64,000 nucleotides of DNA, taken from the NCBI GenBank assembly GCA_963811085.1, contig CAWEPV010000013.1, positions 987,304 to 1,051,303 of the forward strand, in the 5' to 3' direction. The notes under the pieces are model-generated. The model did no database searches and was not told the origin of the DNA. It saw nothing but the letters and a program-made list of their open reading frames with translations. Made by a program: the position numbers and the translations under genes. Shown here piece by piece: positions 54,367 through 61,537 of this stretch. The stretch comes from an uncultured beta proteobacterium. Its GTDB lineage: Bacteria > Pseudomonadota > Gammaproteobacteria > Burkholderiales > SG8-39. The stretch's first letter is position 1, and each line of letters opens with the position of its first letter.

Positions 54367-56262
54367 ATGACCGAAGACGGCTATCCTGACGCGCTGCCGC
54401 GCGGGTACCACCTGCACTGGTACCTGCTCGAGCGGGTGCTGGGGCAGGGCGGCTTCGGCATCACCTATCTGGCGCGCGACACCAACCTCGATCAGCGCGT
54501 CGCGATCAAGGAATATCTCCCGATCGACGTCGCCACGCGCCGCAACGACGCGACCGTGCGCGCGCGCACCGAGGCGCACGACGAGCGCTACCGCTGGGGG
54601 CTCGAGAGGTTCATCCGCGAGGCCCGCACGCTGGCGCGCTTCGACCACCCAAATGTCGTGCGCGTGCTCTCGGTGTTCGAGTTCAACAACACCGCCTACA
54701 TGGTGATGCGCTTCGAGGAGGGCAGCAACCTCGCCACCATCCTCGAGCAGCGCGGCACGCTGCCGGAAGGCGAGTTGCTGCGCATCCTGCTGCCGATCCT
54801 CGACGGGCTCGAGCTGGTGCACAACGCGGGGTTCATCCACCGCGACATCAAGCCGGACAACATCCACGTGCGCGCCGACGGTAGCCCGGTACTGCTCGAT
54901 TTTGGCTCCGCGCGCCAGCCCGTGGGCCATTCGCCCAGCTTGACCATCCTGGTCGCCCCCGGCTACGCGCCGTTCGAGCAGTACTACAGCAGCGGCGAGA
55001 GCCAGGGTCCGTGGAGCGACATATACGGGCTTGGGGCGACTTGCTACCGCGCCATCTGCGGCACGCCGCCGATGGACGCGATCGCACGCAGCAAGGGCGT
55101 CCTCGGCAGCGCGCGCGACGTGCTGGCGCCCGCAACCGCGGTCGGCGCGGGACGCTATTCGCCGCGCCTGCTCAAGGCGATCGATCACGCGCTCGAATTT
55201 ACCGAGCGCGATCGCCCGCAGAGCATCGCCGAATGGCGTCGGGAGCTGCTCGGCGAAGGGCAGCAGGCCGCGCTGGCGCCAGCCGCGCCGTCCGCGGCCG
55301 CGGCGCGCAGCGAGCGGCCAGCCCCCGCCTCCGGCGGAGGCTGGCCGGTTTTCCGTACGGTCCTGGCTGCGGCGGTGGCGCTCGTCGTGGTGGCCGTGCT
55401 GCTGCGTTTCTATCCGTTCTCGGGCGGTGGCAAGAGCGGGCCGCCGCCCGAGACCGCGCCCGATCCTGCAGCGCAGCTCAAGGAACGACTCGCTAAGGTC
55501 GAGCAGCAGCTCGCCGAGGAGCGGCAGCGGCAGGCCGAGGCGCTCGCGCAGCAGCAGGCGGAGGAGCGCCAGCGCGTGGAGGCGGAGCGCAAGCGCGCAT
55601 TCGAGGCCGAAGCCGCGCGTAAACGCGAGGCGGAGCAAAAGAAGCTTGCCGAGGAGCGCCAGCGCAAGCTCGCGCAGCAGGCGGAGGCCGAGCGCAAGCG
55701 CCAGGCGGAGCAAAAGAAGCATGCCGAGGAGCGCCAGCGCAAGCTCGCGCAGCAGGCGGAGGCCGAGCGCAAACGGGCTGAGCAGCAGGCTCGCCAGCAG
55801 GCAGTCCAAAGCGCGAAGCCAGCCGCAGCGCCTCCGAGCTCGGCCGCGCTGCTGGAGAAGGCCGACCGCGACTACACCGCCGGCAACTACGCCGAAGCGC
55901 TTGCGGCGCTCAAGCCGCTGGCCGCGCGCGGCAACGCCAACGCCCAGCTCAGGCTCGGCAAGTCCTACGCGGAGGGGCACGGCGTTGCGCACGACGACGC
56001 GCGCGCGGCGATCTGGTATCGGAAGGCCGCGTTGCAGGGCAACCCGGAGGCGCAGTTGCAGCTCGGCGAGCTGTACGCGAGCGGGCGCGGCGTGCCGCAT
56101 AGCGATTTCGAGGCTTATGTGTGGTTGACCGCTGCGGTCCGCGGCGGCAACGCGGCGGCCAAGGCGCTGCAGGGGCGTGTCGCGAAGTTGCTGCAGCCTG
56201 TCGAAGCCGAGCAAGCGGGCAAGCTGGTGACCAATCTGCCGCTCCCCGACGCCGCCAAGTAA
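54367..56262 (+). CDS. Ser/Thr protein kinase with a single TM, a coiled-coil repeat region and C-terminal Sel1/TPR-like repeats
   Basis: Hanks kinase motifs GQGGFGITYLA, VAIKEY, HRDIKPDNI, DFGSA and APGYAPFEQ. TM segment VLAAAVALVVVAVLL. Repeats AEERQRKLAQQAEAERKR. Sel1-like region YRKAALQGNPEAQLQLGELYASGRGV. Confidence 0.85.
   Translation: MTEDGYPDALPRGYHLHWYLLERVLGQGGFGITYLARDTNLDQRVAIKEYLPIDVATRRNDATVRARTEAHDERYRWGLERFIREARTLARFDHPNVVRVLSVFEFNNTAYMVMRFEEGSNLATILEQRGTLPEGELLRILLPILDGLELVHNAGFIHRDIKPDNIHVRADGSPVLLDFGSARQPVGHSPSLTILVAPGYAPFEQYYSSGESQGPWSDIYGLGATCYRAICGTPPMDAIARSKGVLGSARDVLAPATAVGAGRYSPRLLKAIDHALEFTERDRPQSIAEWRRELLGEGQQAALAPAAPSAAAARSERPAPASGGGWPVFRTVLAAAVALVVVAVLLRFYPFSGGGKSGPPPETAPDPAAQLKERLAKVEQQLAEERQRQAEALAQQQAEERQRVEAERKRAFEAEAARKREAEQKKLAEERQRKLAQQAEAERKRQAEQKKHAEERQRKLAQQAEAERKRAEQQARQQAVQSAKPAAAPPSSAALLEKADRDYTAGNYAEALAALKPLAARGNANAQLRLGKSYAEGHGVAHDDARAAIWYRKAALQGNPEAQLQLGELYASGRGVPHSDFEAYVWLTAAVRGGNAAAKALQGRVAKLLQPVEAEQAGKLVTNLPLPDAAK
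55631..55780 (+). repeat. Two tandem 75-bp coding repeats (~96% identical) inside the kinase gene
   Basis: gcggagcaaaagaagc(t/a)tgccgaggagcgccagcgcaagctcgcgcagcaggcggaggccgagcgcaa... occurs twice back to back, giving AEQKK(L/H)AEERQRKLAQQAEAERKR twice. Confidence 0.8.
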
Positions 56263-56300
56263 CGGTAGTATTCCGCCCAAGCGGATCGAGGAGGCAAGGC

Positions 56301-56930
56301 ATGGCGAGCGCGATGCCCGGGTCGTGCGTCGTGTACCGATGCGCGCAGCTGTGCGCGATGATGCTCGTGGCGCTCGCTTCGGGCTGCGTGAGCGAGCAGC
56401 AGAAGATCAGCGCAACACGGGATGTGAACGCCGTGTTCCGCACGGAGTACGAGCGTGTCCTGGCCGAGGACGGAACGCACATCTACCACGTACCGCGCGA
56501 CGAGGCATTCCAGGCCTTGCGCGTCGCTCTGGGCGGGCTCGGCATGCGGCTCGCCGAGCAATCGCCCGATCTCGGGTATTTGAGCGTGTATGCTTCCGCA
56601 CCCGATCCGCTCACGCGCGACGAGTGGCTGCGGGCGGCACAGGCGGACCTGCCGAAGTTTCGCGGCATACTCGAGCAGCACCTGGGCCTTGCGGCATGGT
56701 TCGTATCGTTCGAGCCGCAGGGCCTCGACGTCGTCATCAACGCGACGACGATCCAGGTGCGCGGCGGAACGGCCGTCTCGCTCACCATGCGCATGCGCGA
56801 AGTCGCGCCGCCGAAGTCGGGTTATCCGCGCCGCGAGTATGCCCCGCCGACGGCCGTGCGCATGGGGCTGCGCAAGATCTGGGGCGCGCTGGAGCGAGAG
56901 CTTCCAGCCGCATCGGGCCGGCGCTCCTGA
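56301..56930 (+). CDS. Lipoprotein of unknown function
   Basis: ATG at 56301 with a GGAGG RBS; lipobox LASGC; about 190 aa of mature protein with no recognisable domain. Confidence 0.6.
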   Translation: MASAMPGSCVVYRCAQLCAMMLVALASGCVSEQQKISATRDVNAVFRTEYERVLAEDGTHIYHVPRDEAFQALRVALGGLGMRLAEQSPDLGYLSVYASAPDPLTRDEWLRAAQADLPKFRGILEQHLGLAAWFVSFEPQGLDVVINATTIQVRGGTAVSLTMRMREVAPPKSGYPRREYAPPTAVRMGLRKIWGALERELPAASGRRS

Positions 56931-56942
56931 TCCAGCCGGTGC

Positions 56943-59900
56943 TCAGCTTTGCGCGGGCGCCCCGAGGCTCGCGTACACCGCCTGCGTCTCGGGCGAAGGC
57001 ATGATCTTCAGCCGCGTCGACAGCACAGTGCGCAGCCGCTCATAGGTGGCGCGCGCCTCGGACGGGTCCGCGCCGCGCTGGTAGCACTGCATGAGGCTTC
57101 GATATGGCGCCTCGAACAACGCATCCGCCTCGATGATGCGCAAGTAGCAGTCGACGGCTGCCTCGCGCTGCCCTGACTCCTCGTGGCGCTTGGCAACCCG
57201 GCCGAGGCAGCGCAGCAGGCGCGAGCGGATCTGCTCGCGGCAGGCGATATAGCTCGGCTGCTCGGACTCGTCAGGCAGAAACGGCCCGCGGTAGAGCGCG
57301 AACGTTTCGTCGGCCAGCGCCTGCAGGGCCGGCAGGCCCGCCTCGGCGGCCGGTGCGCGCAGCGCCTCGTCGAGCGCCGCCAGCACGCACTCGAGCGCCC
57401 AGGTATCGACCCAGATGAGCGCCGGGTTGAGGCTCAGGCGCGCGTCGCGCAGCACGAGCGCCTCGTCGTCGCCGAGCAGCCGGCGCAGCCGGTGCAGGGT
57501 GGCGGTGAGCGACTTGTGGGCGTAGTCCGCCTCGACGTGCGGCCACAAGGCGTCGGCCAGCTGATCGGCGCGCACATTCTGCCCACCCAGGGCAACGAGC
57601 ACCTTCATCAGCTCCATGGGCCGGCCAGGGGCCTTTCCCGAGAACTCGACGGACACGGTCTGGCGCAGGAGCTGAAACCCCCCGAGCAGGTGCACGTGAA
57701 ATGGCCAGGGCCAATCACGCAGGCGCAGTGGGGCAGGCTGCGGCAGCAGCCGGCGCGAGCGCACCAACGCGCGCGCATACTCGGTCTCGATGCCGTGGCG
57801 CAGGGCCAGCGCGCAAACGTCGGCGACGGCCTGCGAGCGCCACCAGGGGGCGTGCCGGAAGCCGTGCTCGCGTCCAAGCGCGAAGGCGCTCGCGACCGAC
57901 CCGAGCGCGGCGCGCTCGTCGTTCATCGCGGCAGCCGCCTCGGCCGCCGCGAGCTGCACGATGAAGCGCAGCAGGACGCTGCGCATCCGGTCCGCGAGCG
58001 CCTGCGCGCTTCTCAGCTGTGCTTCGCAGCCGCGCTGGTCGCCCGTACGGGCGAGCATGTCGGCAAGCGCCGCGCGCCCCAGGCATTCTAGCCAGGGGAT
58101 CCCCGCTTCGACGGCCAGCTGCAACGCGCTCTTCGCGTCGAGGCTTGCGCTCGCCACATCGCCTTCGAGCGCCGCGAGCCAGCCGCGCAGGTAATGCACC
58201 AGCGCGCGGTCGGCGCGGCGCAGGCGCGCGCCGCCGCCCTCCAGCGCGCGCAGCTCGTCCCGCGCCCCGTCCCGGTCGCCGGAGCCGAGCGACGCCGCCA
58301 TCGAAATGAGGCGCAACCAGTCGTCGTAGACATGCACGCCCTCGCGCTCGGCCGCCAGGAGCGCGCTGCTCGCGACCTCGCGCGCGCGCGAGTGCGCGCC
58401 GGTAAGTAAGTAGTGCAGCGCCGCGGCGAGAGCGTTGGCGGTCGCATCGAGCGCAGGCAGGCCGGGAACCGGCGCGACCAGCGTGTCGGCCGCCGCCTCG
58501 GCGGCGACGAGATTGCCCTGCATCAGCGCCACCATGGCCCGCGCGACGGCCAGCTCGGCCCCTTCGAGCCAGTCGCCGAGCTCGGCGTTGCCGGGATCGC
58601 GCAGCAGCAGCGCGGCGATCAGTAGCGCGCGCGCCTCCGCGTCGCGGCCCTCGCTTCCGCCCTCGCGCAGCAGGCCCGCGAGCACGACGGTCCAGTGATC
58701 GAGCTGCGCGAGATCGTCGAACTCCAGGATCGTCGCCTTGATCAGGCCGCAACAGCTGCGCATCATCCCGCGACGGTCGGTGGCATCGCGAAACCTCCCG
58801 AATGCTTGCTCGAGGTAGCGCCGCGCCGCCCTGGGGCTCGCGTGCAGCCGGCAGGCGCCGGAGGCGTAGAGCAGCTCCGCATCGGCGTGCAACAGCGCCG
58901 GCGGCAGCAGCTCCAGCCATCCGCCGAGTGTCTCGCTGCGCCCTTGATCGAGCATGAGCTGCGCCTCGGCGGCGGCGATACGGGCGACCTGCGCCCAGTC
59001 GCGGCACTCTACGAGCAGCGACACCGCGTCCTCGGTCTGCCCGGCTTCGCGCAGCAGCGCCGCCGCGCGCTGCAGCTGCTCGGTCCCGAGCACTTCGGGC
59101 TGCTCAAGCGCGGCCCTGCTGCGCAGGAACTCGCGCAGCAGCGGATGCAGCTGGTAGATGCGCCCCTCTTCCGACAGCACCTCGCTCACGAAGTAGTCGT
59201 TGCGCGCCAGGTTGAGCAGCAGCCGTTCCGCCTTCGGCTCCTCGGCGAGCGTCTGCGCCACTTCCGCGGTCATGCGCGGCAGGCATGCGACGTGCGCCAG
59301 AAAGCGCTTCGTGTCGGGCTCGAAGCGGTCGTAGATCTCGCCGGCGAGGTAATCGAAGATCACCTGGGGAGCCGCGTCCTCGGGCAGCTCCGCGACCTGG
59401 CCGGAGAGCTTGGTGTGCTCGAGCATCAGCACCAAGCCGGCCGCCCAACCCTGCGTGCGCTCGTGCAGCTGCGAGGCAGCCTCCGCCGAGAGCTTCTGTC
59501 CGCGCAGCTGGGCGATCGCGCCCAGCTCATCCGGCGCGATACGCAACTCTTCCCAGCCGACGCACGCCATCTCGCCCGCCACGCGCATGCGCGCCAGGGC
59601 CCCCGGTGGCTCGCTACGGCTGGTCACAATCACCGTGCATTGCTTGGGTATCTGCGCGAATGCGGCTTCAAGCACCGCGTGCAGCGTGCTCTCGGGCGGC
59701 ACCTCGTGCAGGCTGTCGAGCACCAGCGCAAAGGGCGGCTTGGCGCGCGCGAACAGCTGGCGGAAGAACAGGCGCGCGAACGATGCGACATCCGAGCGGT
59801 ACTGCGGCGTGAACGCGGGAAACTCGCGACTCTGGCCGCCCTCGAGCCTGCGCGCGGCGTGCCCGAGATAGTGGAAGAACGTCGCCACGTCCGCGTCGTC

Positions 59901-60251
59901 GGGATCGACCTGGTACCACAGGCAGCGGTAACCGCGCGCTTCGACGTAGCTCGCGGCAAGGGTGGTCTTGCCCGCGCCTGGCGGCCCGGAAATCCAGGCC
60001 ACCGTGCGCCCCGCAGCCCCGTCGAGGCGCGCGAACAGGCGCTGCCTCGGAACGATGGAGCCGATCGCCGGGCGCGTGGTCTTGGCGAAAGCGACGGTGC
60101 GCTGCCCAGCCTTAACCACGCGGCCCCCTCCCTTGACGTTCCATCGCCTCACGCTGCACGGGCCCGCGGCCCGCCCGGCATCGATCATACCCACCAGACG
60201 GCTCAGCTGCCCAGATGCACCAGATACTTCGCGCCGTCGGAGAACGTGCAC
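56943..60251 (-). CDS. Large transcriptional regulator: MalT-like AAA/STAND ATPase + TPR-like helical repeats + C-terminal SARP module (OmpR-type winged helix followed by BTAD)
   Basis: N-terminus FAKTTRPAIGSIVPRQRLFARLD...ISGPPGAGKTTLAASYV (MalT-like Walker A); a long Ala/Leu-rich helical repeat region; C-terminus LLGGFQLLRQTVSVEF...RADQLADALWP (trans_reg_C) followed by the BTAD-like FALYRGPFLPDESEQPSYIACREQIRSRLLRCL. The true start may lie inside the listed ORF. Confidence 0.8.
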   Translation of the reverse strand: MHVLRRREVSGASGQLSRLVGMIDAGRAAGPCSVRRWNVKGGGRVVKAGQRTVAFAKTTRPAIGSIVPRQRLFARLDGAAGRTVAWISGPPGAGKTTLAASYVEARGYRCLWYQVDPDDADVATFFHYLGHAARRLEGGQSREFPAFTPQYRSDVASFARLFFRQLFARAKPPFALVLDSLHEVPPESTLHAVLEAAFAQIPKQCTVIVTSRSEPPGALARMRVAGEMACVGWEELRIAPDELGAIAQLRGQKLSAEAASQLHERTQGWAAGLVLMLEHTKLSGQVAELPEDAAPQVIFDYLAGEIYDRFEPDTKRFLAHVACLPRMTAEVAQTLAEEPKAERLLLNLARNDYFVSEVLSEEGRIYQLHPLLREFLRSRAALEQPEVLGTEQLQRAAALLREAGQTEDAVSLLVECRDWAQVARIAAAEAQLMLDQGRSETLGGWLELLPPALLHADAELLYASGACRLHASPRAARRYLEQAFGRFRDATDRRGMMRSCCGLIKATILEFDDLAQLDHWTVVLAGLLREGGSEGRDAEARALLIAALLLRDPGNAELGDWLEGAELAVARAMVALMQGNLVAAEAAADTLVAPVPGLPALDATANALAAALHYLLTGAHSRAREVASSALLAAEREGVHVYDDWLRLISMAASLGSGDRDGARDELRALEGGGARLRRADRALVHYLRGWLAALEGDVASASLDAKSALQLAVEAGIPWLECLGRAALADMLARTGDQRGCEAQLRSAQALADRMRSVLLRFIVQLAAAEAAAAMNDERAALGSVASAFALGREHGFRHAPWWRSQAVADVCALALRHGIETEYARALVRSRRLLPQPAPLRLRDWPWPFHVHLLGGFQLLRQTVSVEFSGKAPGRPMELMKVLVALGGQNVRADQLADALWPHVEADYAHKSLTATLHRLRRLLGDDEALVLRDARLSLNPALIWVDTWALECVLAALDEALRAPAAEAGLPALQALADETFALYRGPFLPDESEQPSYIACREQIRSRLLRCLGRVAKRHEESGQREAAVDCYLRIIEADALFEAPYRSLMQCYQRGADPSEARATYERLRTVLSTRLKIMPSPETQAVYASLGAPAQS

Positions 60252-60324
60252 ATGCCGGCACCCTGGCGCGCGTTGGCCATCCGATAGCCGCAGCTCAGGA
60301 ACGCGCCGCTGCGGCTGTGGGCGC

Positions 60325-60395
60325 TCGCCACGCCGCGGCGCACGGCGCCTACGCCAGCATGCACGCCAGCGACGCGCAGCGGAAGAAGCGCGCGG
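60325..60395 (+). repeat. Copy B of the ~70-bp direct repeat (orphan duplicate of the aminotransferase 3' end)
   Basis: gccgcggcgcacggcgcctacgccagcatgcacgccagcgacgcgcagcggaagaagcgcgcggcc. No aminotransferase body is upstream of it. Confidence 0.6.
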
Positions 60396-60401
60396 CCTAT
60401 G

Positions 60402-61233
60402 CTAGTTCTTCGCCGAAGCTGCAGCCGTAAAGCGCCCGGCGAGATCGGGCTGGGAGCCGTAGCGCTCGAGGGTAGGCTGCATCGTCTGCGCGAGCGCATC
60501 GAGCCGTTCGGCGGGCGCAGGGTGGGTCTTGAACATCAGCGCGAGGCTTGAGTCCGCGGGATTGATCGCCTCGAGCGTCTGCAGTACCGCGGGCAGGCCG
60601 TAGGCGTCGTAGCCGGCGCGGGCCGCGATCACCACGCCGAGGCGGTCGGCCTCGAGCTCGTCGGACTTGTCGAGCCCGCGCGCGTAAAGCTCGGTGCCGG
60701 CGGAGATCAGCTTGTTGCGCGCCTCGCTGTTGCCGCGGTTGGCGAGCGCGAGCGAGAGGGCGTCCGCGGCGAGGCCGGTCCTCGCGTTCTTCTGCATCGC
60801 CGCCAGGTGATGCTTGCGCAGCACGTGCGAGATCTCGTGCGCCAGCACGCCGGCCAGCTCGGCTTCGCTGCGCAGGCGCGCGTACAGGCCGCGGGTGATG
60901 AACACGTTGCCGCCCGGTGTGGCGAAAGCGTTCACGGTGTCGGTATCGAGCACGCCGAAATGCCACGGCAGGCCGGGGCGCTCGGTATGCAGCGCGAGCC
61001 AGCGCCCGACGCTGTTGACGTAGCGCTGCAGGCGCTCGTCCGGTACCAGCGGCGCCGAGCAGACGCGCCGCCACGGCGCGCCCGATCGAGATCTCCTGCG
61101 GCTCGTCGACCTCGCTGCTCGCCTGCTGGATCTTCTTGACCGTGCCGACCAGCCTGTTGAGGTCGAGTGAGAACTGCGCCTGGGCGGGAGGCGCGGCTGC
61201 GGCGAGTAGCAAGGCGCAGAGGGCGGCGCGCAC
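60402..61233 (-). pseudogene. M48-family zinc metalloprotease (YcaL/BepA-like), disrupted by a frameshift near 61035-61045
   Basis: The N-part frame gives signal peptide MRAALCALLLAAAAPPAQA...EPQEISIGRAVAARLLGAA. A second frame continues PLVPDERLQRYVNSVGRWLALHTERPGLPWHFGVLDTDTVNAFATPGG...HEISHVL (HExxH). The junction lies in a ggcgccgc run. Confidence 0.7.
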
Positions 61234-61289
61234 GTTCAGGGCCCCGTGGGGTAATCGACGGACTGCGATTCGAGCTTGCCCCTGCGCGC

Positions 61290-61537
61290 AAACGCCTTCG
61301 CCGCATCTTCGCCAGGCTCTTTTCGTCGATGTCGATCATGACGATGTCCGGGTCCGGCGCGAGCCGCACGGCGTGCAGCCGCACGAACAAGTCGACCAGG
61401 CGGTTCTCGAGCGGGGCGGAGAGATGCAGCCAGAATATTTCCGCCGCTGCGAGCGCGCCGAGGAATAGGGGTCGGTTCAACGTGATCTGCGCGAACGGTA
61501 GTGCTGCAGAGTGCCCGCGCGGCGGCGCGGGCGTCAA
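61290..61537 (-). pseudogene. Truncated CHASE2-domain gene fragment (N-terminal ~80 codons only)
   Basis: MTPAPPRGHSAALPFAQITLNRPLFLGALAAAEIFWLHLSAPLENRLVDLFVRLHAVRLAPDPDIVMIDIDEKSLAKM matches a CHASE2 N-terminus (TM helix, then ...D..F.LR....P..IV.IDIDE.SL). The sequence then turns to low-complexity text and runs into the M48 gene. Confidence 0.5.

Noticed and set aside
60203-60499. 98-aa minus-strand ORF (..GAFLSCGYRMANARQGAGMCTFSDGAKYLVHLGS) and 71-aa plus ORF at the start of the second repeat copy
   Set aside because: I could not match them to any protein family. The plus-strand ORF is just the repeat translated. They are more likely non-coding boundary sequence.
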